This document shows positions 19,930-32,490 of a stretch of 64,000 nt of DNA, in pieces. Origin of the DNA: Malacoraja senta (taxonomy: Eukaryota); the NCBI GenBank assembly GCA_038087875.1, contig CM075991.1, forward strand, positions 868,001 to 932,000, written 5' to 3'. Position numbers and translations under genes: made by a program. The notes below the pieces were generated by a model. The model saw nothing but the letters and a program-made list of their open reading frames with translations. It did not search any database and was not told the origin of the DNA. Numbering within the stretch: position 1 is the first letter of the stretch; every line of letters begins with the position of its first letter.

Positions 19930-22900
19930 ACATGTATTATCATACACCATATGGTGTAGAAAAATTTGATTTGCTTTTGACACAGTATGGGACTCCACTG
20001 GAGTGGGTGGCTGTTCGGAGGAACTCCACTGAGGCTCCAGAAAAGAGCTCCTGGCTTGGGAAGTCTTTCAGCTGTGTCCATCAGACACCTGTGGAGCTAT
20101 ACCTAGTGCAGGGTTGCAGTATTTCTCCCACTCTGTCTAGCGGGCTATCGGGAAGAGGTGACTTCGATTATAATGCCGGCTCATCCGAGTCCGAGCCAGA
20201 GGCGCTCCAGTCCTTCCCTGTAATACTCCGTTTGGGTTCCAGAAGGGAGCAAGGACTCGGAGTCACTAGCAGGAGCAACCTGTCTGGTAAGTATAATGAT
20301 GATACCAACAGAGCACCGATCTGCACAGCTAGTCCCGGTTCGGCTCCTAGAGGGAGCAGCCTGACAACCCCGAGTCAGGGCTAAGTCAAAGCCTAGTCTG
20401 TGGGACAAGTCCTGTCGGATGATTTGGGTCAAGGGGATTCTGTCCCCACATCTATGGCAAATGTGATTGGGCGTTTGTCTCAATTAGAACATCTGATGAA
20501 TCAGATGGTGGCACTAGAAATGCTCCGTGTTACGAAGGCATGTCAAGCAGCAGCTCCTGGTTCAGGGTTGCAATATTCCTCCCACTCAGATGAAAGGAGT
20601 GGTGGAAATGGTGCCAAAGTATATGCAAATTGCCTGAAGCAGCTCCTGGTTCAGGGTTTCAATATTCCTCCCACTCGGATGAAGAACTGATGGAGATGGT
20701 GCCAAATATTATGCTCCGTATTACGGAAGCATGCACAGGCAGTTCAAGTCATATGCCTGTAGCTATCCCTGGTTCAGGGTTGGAATATTCCTCCCACTCG
20801 AAAGACTATCGGAGATGGTGTCACAAAATATGCTCTGTGTTACGGAAGCACGCACAGGCAGTCCGAGGCATACGCATGTGGCAACGCCTGGTTCGGGGTG
20901 GACTATTTCTCCCACTCTAAGAGAGTGTCAGAGATCAGTATGGAACTGACTCCGAACATGACTATGTGCCTGAATCCCATGCTTTAATGCATGATGTGCG
21001 AGAATCGCATAAGGAAGAGCTGCCTGCTCTTGCCTCTAAATTTACTGTTCCCTCGGGGACGGACAGGCCACTACAAGAGGAGTTCGCCAGCGGCATCAGC
21101 TATCTAACAGATATGACAAGCATGACAGACAGGGTCTGCAAATGGAACCTCGCTGAAGCGCCAACAAGCAAATCGACCCGGGGTCAGAGACGCTGGTAAG
21201 TAAGGTATCGTTATTAACCTCTGTAAACTCCGAAATGGAACAGTCTGTCGGCCCAGGTTTGGGTTTACTGGCAGCATGGGCTGTCTAGTGGTATTCACTG
21301 TCTCTGGGATAGATCAGGTTGATGTAGAGATATTGGCAAGGTGCCTTGCATAGTAACCTCTGTAAGTGCCAAATAGCAACAGTTTGGTTATCCTGGTTCA
21401 GGGTAGACCATCATGGAACCGGCTGACCATATGGGTCATATTGACCAGGGAAGCACTGCCTCATCATCTGTGATTGAGGTTATCAGACTGCTCAGTAGAG
21501 TAGTTGAAGTCTTCCTCAACACATGGTTTATTTCTCCTCAGTTAGTAGAGTTGCTGGTTCATTGGAATCATCATTGCCATCCTCTCTGGGATAGGTATTA
21601 CCAGCAGGAAGCTGGTCTGGCATATAATATAATTTGTATCTGACCTGCAGGTTCATGTTGTGAATCAACAATGTATTTATAATAATCCATAGGCTCTCAA
21701 TACCAGTATTCCTGATTGAGTGGCGGGTCGAAGGGATTGTGTTGTGCACTCTGGCGACTTAGACATGAGGTTTCAGTCAAAGGACTGCGAGGTGATTCAG
21801 CCTTGCATTATACCAATTTTCACTCGGAGGGAAAACGCTGAGTATTCGTGGTGACTCTTAGTCAAGAGTTGACAGGAAACTCGTATTCCCACATCAAAGG
21901 GAGACTGTGGTTTCAGCTCTAGTCATTAGGTTCTGGTGTCAGCGAAATGTATGAATAACTAGATAATGCATCTTCCGCGTCAAGAGAAGCCAAAAAAAAA
22001 TTCCGTCCGTATGGTCAATAGAGGAACAGGGGTTCCGAGTGCAATCAGTGACAGCTCATCTGAATCAGCAATTTTACTGATTCAGAGAATCGATCTTGTA
22101 GTTGCATACTCTGCCATATCTATACACATGAGGCACAGATTCTGCTGTTTGCTAACAAAGCTGTGAAAGCCAATGCTGCCCTCACAGATTAAAGGGCATT
22201 GTGTCATCGAGTTTTAGGTAGTGTGCAGAATTTGCAGCTGATAAAACGTATGGGATACCAGTAGATACCTTTTGCGATATTAAAAATGAGGCAACATGAA
22301 ATTTAATAGTGATAATTTTGCCTATTCATTCACGCCATGGTAAGGCGGCTGAAGCAACTCTTATTTACTCAGTCACGAGTGACGGCTGGAGCAGCCTGTC
22401 TTCTCGGGCAGCTAGCTCTGCACGATTGTATGAGAAGCTTGAGAACAATAAATGTGAGTTATTTTTAAACGGAAGTAACAAAGGTTTGTGTGGCTTTCAG
22501 TTTGAGCCGAGAAGCATTTATGTGATAGCACAATTGACATTGCTTGTGCTGCTTTGTCATTCTCTATAGTACCATAAGTGGGACAATAAATGATTGATTA
22601 TTCACCCGCTGTTCACTAACGTTATGCAGGGTGCCTTTTATTTGACCACTATAATAGCCTACACTCATTGTAGTGTGCGATGTATATCAGTAAATTATTA
22701 TGCAAATATTCTTCTACTTTTTTCTAATGGGAGTAGTATTTTTAAGATGATTATGCTTTCAGCAACTGATCTCAGCACAAAGAACACAGCCTTTACTCAA
22801 TCTCTGGCTTGGTCTCCACATCATAACTGACATTAGGGTAGCTTGTTATGGGAATGATCTCATAAGTAAAATGAGCAGGATTGCGTACATTTGAAGTTGA

Positions 22901-23664
22901 CAGCATACCTACCAGAGCAGAGATCGGGGATGTCATTAGGTATACAAGTGCACTGAGTTTGCTAGTACCTATGAGATGAAAGATAGTTTCTTTTTTGTTA
23001 TTCAATAGTCTCAAGGTATTGCTGATGGCTCATTAGCAGCCAATAGAATGGATTTTCCCTTTCATCATACAGCAAGAGGCTTACATAGTACGTGTTAATA
23101 TTTTATATAATTTGGTTGAATATGTCTGGATATTTGCAGATAGAATTCTGCAGTGTTGCATGAGTTATTATCTAACTCAACAGTCTATTGGGACTATGGT
23201 CCGGTTAAGAACAATGGCCATGTATGCAAGTTAGCATCATGATATTAATAACCCATGGTTTTTCTACCATTAATGGTTTATCTGTTTAAGTGTTCACACA
23301 CAGATTGGGTTACTGCATGAAACCACAGAGCTTTGAAGTCTTCACCTAGTCACTCACATGACTTCGAAATAACATAGAAAGATTAAACGAGAACGTACCG
23401 TTTGAAGTTTGATCTTTATTTTATGAGAAGTTGAAGTGAGGGATTACATGCCCTCCACTCCCAAACCTATTTCACATAAAGATCATTCGGTAGTTCTAAG
23501 CTCGTTAATCTTCCTATAGCTTAGGTCAGCAACTATTCTGTGGTTTCATACAGCTGCTCTAAAGTTTGACGCGCATGCGGACTGGCTGGGTCTTCACGTA
23601 ATCCCTCACTTCAACTTCTCATAAAATAAAAATCAAACGGTAAGTTCTCGTTTAATCTTTCTAT
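19930..23664 (+). mobile_element. Degenerate DIRS-like (tyrosine-recombinase retrotransposon) remnant
   Basis: 3' end shows an internal sequence (23374-23450) complementary to the terminus (23595-23664), the ICR/terminal-repeat arrangement of DIRS1-group elements. Fragmented gag-like ORFs at 19932-21199; no intact RT/YR. 5' boundary uncertain. Confidence 0.5.
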
Positions 23665-26600
23665 TAAACTTCTTTTGCAGACTTGATTTTTAAAATCTCA
23701 AAATTTTGTAACATTGCTAGAAAATGTACCTGCATCTTGGAGGCCGAAGGTTTAGGTTGTTAGCCAAGATAGACTTTGTTATCCCTCAGTACAGCAACAT
23801 CAAGAACGATGTTGCTGTACTGAGGGATAGCCAAGTCTATCCTTCATTGCTAGCAGCTGATGAGAAGCGGCTGTAAAGTGGGAAGCGGCTGTAAAAGGAC
23901 AGCGCTGCTGGGGGGGGGGGGAGTTCCTTTCAGAGCGTGTGGGTAGTCTGTCCAGGGGTAAAGTTGTGGGGAGGGCAGGAGCGTTGAGAAGGAGGGGGTT
24001 GGCCGGGGATCATCCAGCTCAAGAGCGGGTCAGCGGGCGATGGATAACAGGCAAGCGGGCGGTGGAGCTTACTCCATGTCAGTGCGAGTAACCTCAATTG
24101 ATCCCTTGTTCGCGCTGACACAGGAGTAAGCTCCACCGCCCGCTGTGATGTTATCCATCACCCACTGACCCACTCCGCTCTATGATCTTTGCTCTTGAGC
24201 TGGTCCCCTCACTGTTCAGACGGAGAGCACTGCCAGAGGTGAGCGGGCCAGCAGAAGGCGCTGAGATGGCAGTCGGTTCCGCTGTCCGGTGATGGAGGCC
24301 GCTCGTAGGCGAGCTGCTTCCCTTCCCGGCCACAATGCGGTGGCGCCTGGAGCGCCGCGGCAGCGGTGTGAGTGGCATGAACCCGGCCCCCTCCTTCTCA
24401 ACGCTCCTGCCCTCCCCGCAACTTTACCCCTGGCTACTCTCCACACGCTGTGAAAGGAACTATCCCCCGAATTGTCATATTACTCACGACACGCGACTCA
24501 TTTATAATCATTTATTTATATTTCTATGAAAAATGTTCCCAATTGGGCTCCGCACCTCCTAAGGCCGGCCCTGTCAGCAGCAGAATCTGACGAGTTCTCC
24601 CCCAGGCTGCGGCGGGTGTGAGGGGGGGATCACCACAGTGCAGGAACCGGCTGCTGAGCACCAGGGAACTGGGCAATGTTTCAATGTGAAGATAGGACAC
24701 AACGTGCTGGAGTAACTCAGCGGGTCAAGCAGCATCTCGGGGAAAAGGGAATAGGTGACATTTCTGGTCAAGACCCTTCTTCAGACTGAGAGTCATCAGG
24801 GGAAAGGGAAACTAGAGGTATGAAGTGGCACGAACAAATCAGTGCTGGCACCCACTGAGTTATTCCAGCATTTTGTGTCTATCTTCGGTGTAAACCAACA
24901 TCTGCAGTTCCTACACTGATCCAATTGTGATGGGAGGGATTTCTCAGCCGTAGTGAAGGAGGCCCCCCCCCCCCCCCCCCCGCAGAGCAGCACACAAGCC
25001 TGGTTCATCCGTGCTGAGGGTGGAGACTGCATGTATTGTGATCCACAGTGGTTCTCACAGCTGAGCTGTGAGGTGGATCCAGATGAAATGCTCAGGGCAC
25101 CGCTGTGCTATCTTCTCACAAAAGGACACTCGTCAGTAAGGAGGCAGGGCTGAATAAGATCATGGCGAGTTCCTTTCCCCAGCTTGTTTGCTGTGTCAGC
25201 AGAAGCCACATTTACGTAGCTGTAACACTGCCTGTGGCCATTCCCTTCCCCTTGCACTGCCCAGGGCCAGAGATGCTGCCTGACCCACTGAGTTACTCCA
25301 GCACTTTGTGTCCTTGTTCCCACCAAACATGTTTGGACAATCTGCAATGTGTGGTATTTACTGCATGGTGAAGCTGTTGATATTTTATTTGTGATGTACT
25401 GAGTGTGAAACTGCTTTGTTCTCTCACATGGTCAGAATCCAATTGTGTTGACACTACCTCAACATGGAAAAATAATCAATTGGGTTTTTACGTGTATTTT
25501 TATAAACCTCTATAACAAATCTCTATATTACAGTGTCTACTAGATTAATATGGATGTTTGACATTTAAACTAAACAGGTAAACCCACTCCATAAACATGG
25601 AAGGCTATTTGTATCAAACAGTAGTGAGAAGCTTCTGCTCTGTTTGGACAATCAGAACCAAGACATATCTCACAATGTCACGCAGGCATGTTTTAAACAA
25701 TATTGTTTAAGAAATTTATTTAAAATTTTTATTTTTCTCCCAGTCCAGTAATGCAATATGTGCCAAAATGGCCAGCCTAGGGGAACAGAGGGAGTGCAGG
25801 ATGCAGCTCGCCCGAGCATGTTTCCAGTGTAGCAGCTTTCTCTGTCCATAAGTGAACCCTTACACCAACAGCACGGATTCAGTGCATCACACAACAGCAA
25901 GGCCAGAACTCCGTGCAAAGGGGTGAGCTGGAGGGGGGATGTGGGCAACTGAAGAGCTAGCAGATCCCTTCTCACTGCCATTCACAGAGTGGATCTTACT
26001 GGAAAACAGAGGGCAGAAGCAGCTGTAAATGTTATCCACAGGGCACAAACCAAGCCAGCGGGCAGAGCCAGAGCCGGCAGTGATCATTCTCCAGCAGGGC
26101 CCGATTAACCTGCATCCGTGCGGTGACACAAACCAACCTGCTGCGGAGAGGAGCCTGGCCTGAACAGGAGTAGGCACTCTCTCGTGGGGTCCCAAAGTCA
26201 AGATGCACCTACAGGCTGTGTCAGAAATCCAGGCATCGCATCGCATCCCACCCCGGCTGTACTTAGGCCTTGTGGAGGGGAGACAGCCTCTCTGTAAAGC
26301 CATTAAAACCACCCGGCCCACAGAACTCAAGGGAGCAGAGGCTCGGCCATTTGCTTCACCCTCCCCCTCCCCCCGTCTACACAGTGTTAAAGCCAGGCTG
26401 TTAAATGTGGCTTCAGAGGCATAGCTTCGGCAGAGCAATTAAACTGGTCATTTGGACAGCACACGGGGTCACAGAGGGAGATACGCAGTCTCTCCACTCT
26501 CTGTACGGACGTAGAACTAAGTTCCAAAAATAACCCACGCTACTCATCTATCCCAACCCGCCACACCAGGGCTCTTTCGAGATAGGGACCAGAAATAATC

Positions 26601-28245
26601 TAGGGAATAGATTGTTCCTCCTATGCTGGTCATCATCAGTTAGGGTATTGATTACGGGGGAAGAAAAGGCGCAAAGTGCTGGAGAAACTCAGTGAGTCAG
26701 GCAGCATCCTTCGAGAATATGGATAGGTGAATGTTTGGATCCTGGATCAATCTGAAGAAAAAACCCGACCTGAAACGTCACCTACTGATGTTCTCCAGAC
26801 ATGCTGCCTGACTCGCTGAGGTACTCCTGCACTGTTTTTTTGTAAAACAACAACTGCAGTTGCTTGTTTGTATATATTGAGTATAGAAGTTGTGACTTTA
26901 TGTTAGTTGTTGCAAGATGCTGGTGAGGCTGCATTTGGGCTATAGTGTCACCCTGCTGTAGGAAAGATGCCGTCAAGGCAGACAGGGTGCAGAGAAGATT
27001 TACAAGGATGTTACCAGGGTTGGAGGGCCTGAGCTATAGGGAAAGGTTGGGCAGGCGAGGACTTTATTCATTGAGTGCAGGAGGCTGAGGGATGGTCTTA
27101 AACATAGAAAAGTATAGGACAGGAACAGGCCCTTCGCCCCACAATGTACATAATGCCAAGATAAACTAACCTCATGTGCCTGATCCATATCCCTCCATTC
27201 CCTGCATATTCATGTGCATATCTAAAAGCCTTCTAAATGTCACGATCACATCCACCATCATCACCATCACCATCCCTCGTATATAAAATCGTGAGGGGAG
27301 TAGACAGGATGAAGGCAGTGTCTTTTCCCAGGATAGGGGAATCAAGAACTCGAGGGCATAGGTTTAAGGTGAAAGGGAAAAGATTTAATAGGAACCCGTG
27401 GTAAACTTTTTCCATACAGAGGCAGTGGGTATATGGATCAAGCTGCCAGAGGAAGTAGTGGAGATGGGTACAATAACAACATTGGGACAGGTGCATGGAT
27501 AAGAAAGAGATATGGGATAAATGTGGGCGTGGATGGGACATCTTGGTTGACCTGAAGGGCTTGTTTCCGTGCTGTATGACTACTGTGTAAACAGTGTGTG
27601 CTTTCAGGGTCTCTGGTGGGAGGTAGCAGTGAAGAATTCCCCGTCAACAGGTTTCCAACAGTTTCTTTGCCCAGGGTTTGCTTCCGCTAGTTTTTGAGAA
27701 ACGAGGAGGATTTCAGCGAGTTATAATTTCAGAGTTGAAGGGATGTGGCTGGGTGGTCACAGGCAGGGTGATCTGCTCTTAGTTTGCACCTTGCAAAAAC
27801 CCAAACACTTGACTCATTCTGCCCTCTGTGGATGCCCAGACTGGCAAGGGAAGACACCAAGGTGGCATCATGAAAATTTTGGCAAAATGCGAAGAACTCT
27901 TTGGGATGGTTAAATTCCACAGAAAGGTTTGATACGAGTCTTCTCAGATCCAAAGTGCAGGATAATCAGGAACGCAGTCTCTTCAGCAGCAAGCTCCATC
28001 TTTGATTCTACAATTACACTTAAATATGAATTGACATTTCTTCAAGGACACACTGGGGACCCCTGGACTAACTGTTCCACAACATGTAACATCTTAGAAG
28101 TAAGTAAACCTTTGCCTCCCATCCTGTCAATGGAAGCCTCTCGTACCACATGTGTAACTGGTAGTAGATCAGTCAGCTGGGGGTGGGGGGGGGGGGGGTG
28201 AGTTTTGTTGCCATGTTCTTGCAATGGACAGCAGTGGGATGATAT

Positions 28246-28395
28246 CTACACCAGCTTCTTGGCTTCAAAGAAGCTCTTCAGGTGCTTCATCTGCCAGATC
28301 CCAGTGAGGATCAGAATGATTGTTTGGGCAATCGACCACCACAGGACTCGCTGGTTGGTGCTTTCACTCGTCAGCCGGAACCGTTCTTCCCGATA
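28246..28395 (-). CDS. TMED4: TMED4 (p24 alpha family) last coding exon
   Basis: ttttgtgcacag| [51 protein letters not shown] plus FF and KKxx ER-retrieval motifs. YREERFRL and SIAQT match TMED4 rather than TMED9. Confidence 0.92.
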   Translation of the reverse strand, partial: YREERFRLTSESTNQRVLWWSIAQTIILILTGIWQMKHLKSFFEAKKLV

Positions 28396-30909
28396 CTGTG
28401 CACAAAAGGAAAAACAAAATCATATAGGAACGACGTGTTAAGCACCAGTAAGCATCTTTGGTCAGAGGGTGGTGAATCTGTGGAATTCATTGCCACAGAA
28501 GGCTGTGGAGGCCAAATCAATGGATATTTTTAAGGCAGAGATTGACAGATTCTTGATTAAAACAGGTGTTAGGGGTTATGGGGAGAAGGCAGAAGAATGG
28601 GGTTGAGGGGGAAAGATAGATCAGCCATGATTGAATGACAGAGTAGACTTGATGGGCCAAATGGCCAAATTCTGCTCCTGTCACATGAACTTATGAAGCA
28701 AATTTCCCCCTCCATTGCTTAGTTGGCAAGGTCAAGGTCAGTTTATTGTCATATGTACCAGTTAAGGTACAGTAAAATTTGAGTTACCATACAGCCATAC
28801 TAAGTAAAAAGCAACAAGACACACAACCACATAGAAGTTAACATAAACATCCACCACAGTGGATTCCACATTGCTCACTGTGATGGAAGGCAGTAAAGTT
28901 CATTCTCCTTACTCTTTGTTTTCCCACGGTCGGGGCAGTCGAACCATCACTGAGTCCCTGAGTTAAAGTACCTTTTGGGCACATTTGGTGTACTGCCTGT
29001 CATTCTGGTCGCCACATTACTGAAAGGATGTGGAGACGTTTAAGAGGGTGCTGAAGAGGTTTACCAGAATGCTGCCTGGATTAGGTGGTACTACTACAAG
29101 CACGGGTTGGACCGACTTAAAATGTTTTTTCTGGAATGCCAAAGGCTATGGGAAAATGTGATACAAGTATATCAAATAATGAGGCATAGATAGGGTAGAC
29201 AGTCAGAACCTATTCCCCCAAAGTTGAAATATCATAGACATGGGGCATTAGGTTAATGGTGAGGGGGGCAAAGCTTAAAGGAGATGTGCGGGTCATGTTT
29301 CTTTTTTGCACAGAGGGTCGTGGGTGCCTGGAAAGCGCCGTCAGGGGAGTTCGTTGAGGCAGATACGAAGGTGGCATTTAAGAGGCTTTTAGATAGGCTC
29401 ATGGACATGGGTGTTTCCGTAAATACAGCACTCAGTTGTGAAACTGAAGTTCTCCAAACTTCCAGGTTATTGTCCTGTTTTTTAATGTAATATTCCCATT
29501 GTTTCATGTCCTGTATTTTAAGTAGTATAGATCATGGTGTATAGCCAAAATAATGAGATGAAGCAAAAATAAATAAATCAATCTGTTTTTACAAAGAAAA
29601 ATATAAGATATGTCCCTGTGTTTTGTTGCCTTTTTTGTGACATTTTTCAAGCAGGTTCATCAAATCCTTGTGCTAATTTATACCAGAAAGATCACATTAA
29701 CTTTGCAATTAAATAACTCTAATATAAGCCAAATTCTGATTATATTATTTATAATATATATCTAATATATTATATATTCTAATATATAATATAATTTTTC
29801 TCTCTCAATTTTTTCAAATTTTGAATATTATATTTTGGTCAATTTTGATCACAATTTTGCTCAAAAGGATCATAGGTAGGCCCATTTTTAATACTGTGGT
29901 ATTTCGTTATAATTTAATAACTTCCAAATTTGGCCTCCGATGTCACGGGTTGGTACCCTTGTTTACGGAAACACCCATATGCAGGAAATGGAGAGATATA
30001 GATCATGTGTAGGTAGAGGAGATGATTTTATCTTGCCATTATGTTCGGCACAGACATTGAGAGCTGAAGGGCCTGTTCCTGTGCTGTTCTATATATATAG
30101 GGATCACCACTGGCACGCGATCATCACAGGTAAGGTGCACATCTGAATGGAGTGTAAACTGTGGAAAAGGGGTGGGGTAAAAGAAACAGACTACATGGCA
30201 GTTATCAATAGGTACCAGTCCAGAACCAGGAGTCACAGTCTTAGAATAAAGGGGAGGTCATTTAAGACTGAGGTGAGAAAAAACTTTTTCACCCAGAGAG
30301 TTGTGAATTTATGGAATTCCCTGCCACAGAGGGCGGTGGAGGCCAAGTCACTGGATGGATTTAAGAGAGTTAGAGCTCTAGGGGCTAGTGGAGTCAAGGG
30401 ATATGGGGAGAAGGCAGGCACGGGTTATTGATAGGGGACGATCAGCCATGATCACAATGAATGGCTGGCTCGAAGGGCCGAATGGCCTCCTCCTGCACCT
30501 ATTTTCTATGTTTCTATGTACCAGCATGCAGATAGGTTAAAATATATACACAGGATCCTAGGCTTTAGAAATAGGGGCACAGAGCACAGGAAGGAAATCA
30601 GGATGAACTTTCTGGCAATAGGAGAATGGTGCACAGCTCTGAGCTCCAGACTTTGAGCAAGATCTGAAGGTCATGGAGCGGGTACAGAAGAGATTTATTA
30701 AAACAGTTCCAGGCACAAGGTACAATGGTAATGTGGGCAGACTTGAGAAGCTGGGTTCATGCTCCTTGAAAAAGAAAAGGGGGCAAACGTAAAGCCCAAT
30801 TACATTTTCTGTCTGAAGTGGGGTCTCGACCCGAAATGTCACCTATCCCTTCCATCCAGCGATGCTGTCTGTCCCGCTGAGTTACTCCAGCATTTTGTGT
30901 CTATCTTAT

Positions 30910-31226
30910 GGGGCTGTCCCACAGTACGAGCTAATTCAAGAGTTCTCCCGAGTTTTCCCTGATTCGAACTCGGAGAATTACGGTAATAGCCGCTCGTAGG
31001 TACTCGGGGCTCTCGTGGACATTTCTCAACATGTTCAAAAATCTTCACGAGTCTTCCCGAGCTTACCGCGTTTCCCGAGTACCTGCCGTTAGCGTTAAGA
31101 GCCGCTAAGAGACGTCCCGAGCTCCGACGTACCCGCAACGTACATTCTACGTGCTTACCACGAGTTTGATTTTTTCTTAAACTCGGGAGAGCTCTTGAAT
31201 TAGCTCGTACAGTGAGACAGTCCCTT
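30910..31226. mobile_element. Harbinger-type MITE, second family (copy in the opposite orientation at ~61073-61410)
   Basis: Long TIRs gggctgtcccacagtacgagctaattcaagagttctcccgag ... ctcgggagagctcttgaattagctcgtacagtgagacagtccc. Confidence 0.75.
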
Positions 31227-31875
31227 TAGGCTATAAACAGAGAATCTGTTCTCAGTGTTTGGATCAAACCTGGTACCACCAAGTGCAGGAGTGGAGGTAG
31301 CAGGGAGCTGGGTAAGTATCTGACGGGAAGGCATTTGCAGGACGGTGGGAAGAGAGGCGGAGGAGAATCTAGCTGCGGTGGGTACAGAGGAATCTCACTG
31401 ATGAAGTACCAGGTGACTTCAATGTTTGTACTTCGATCCGTGTGGGCATCTATATCTCTGATCCAGGAGGTAAGATGTGGGGTGAGGGGAAAGGTGATTG
31501 TAAGAATTCTACCAGGGTTCCCATTCACACCAACTGTTGTACAGTAGGATACTGGTCGTGAAGAGACCTAAAAGCTTAAATCTTTCCAAACACCCCGAAC
31601 GAGTCAGAAACTCCAAAGTCCACATGTTTACGTGACGTTTAACTCCGCTCGCAACGTTGTCTCCACTAACATTTCTGCAGTAGACATCTTCTGAACAGCA
31701 CTTAGTCACCTTTGAAGGTTCCGGGTATCAGATGCTTGTACATTTGCATCTCTCACTCCTATCACAGCCAACAGCTGTAATATATTGACGATCATATGCA
31801 ATTTTCCACAGCAGATGTGGAAGTGTGAAGGGGAGGCAGCAGTGTTCCTAGAGACACTGTTTGCTCCGTACTCAC

Positions 31876-32022
31876 CCTCTGGTAGTTCTGTTCTTTCTGA
31901 ATCTGTTCCACCTGGTCCAGCAACTGTCGCACACGCAGCTGCAGCTCTGTCAGTTTATCTTTTGCGGCGATTTCTGGGTAGTTATTGGCATGTTCCCCCA
32001 CTTGGATATCAAGGTGCACCCG
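31876..32022 (-). CDS. TMED4: TMED4 penultimate exon (coiled-coil)
   Basis: ctgcag| [49 protein letters not shown] |gtgagt; 147 bp, phase 0-0. Confidence 0.93.
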
Positions 32023-32490
32023 CTGCAGTGGAGAAAAAGGAAATTGTGTTATAATGTCACACAATAACCACCAATGAACATCTCCTAAAACGCAGAGGTA
32101 TTGGTGCCTGCGGACTGCCGATGCCAACCAACAAGTACAAAGCTAAACGGTGGAGACATTGCCATCTGCACAGCTGCTGGGTGCATTTCCAACCTGGCAA
32201 CATGCAAGTCATTTTGATGAGAAACCTCTGGACCTTTTAAGGGGTGATGGTCAGGGTGAAAACAATGAACATGTTCAATGTGGACAGCCCTCCCACGATT
32301 TTCAACCACTCTTACAGACTGCCTAAGGTATAAAGTAACTAGTGAACATATAGCAACCAAAAAATCTCATCAAAACCAGAATAATCAGTGCAAGTTTTTG
32401 ATGAATTGACAAAGGTGATTGATGAGGGTATGGCAGTGGATGTTATCTACACGGATTTAGTAACGCATTTGATAAAGTCCCTCACTGTAG

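Noticed and set aside
24556..24573. hAT-like terminus cctaaggccggccctg
   Set aside because: No matching left TIR found, so the element could not be delimited.
25670..26438. ORFs of 103-183 aa downstream of the TMED4 stop
   Set aside because: No recognisable domain or exon structure; more likely TMED4 3'UTR or flanking sequence.
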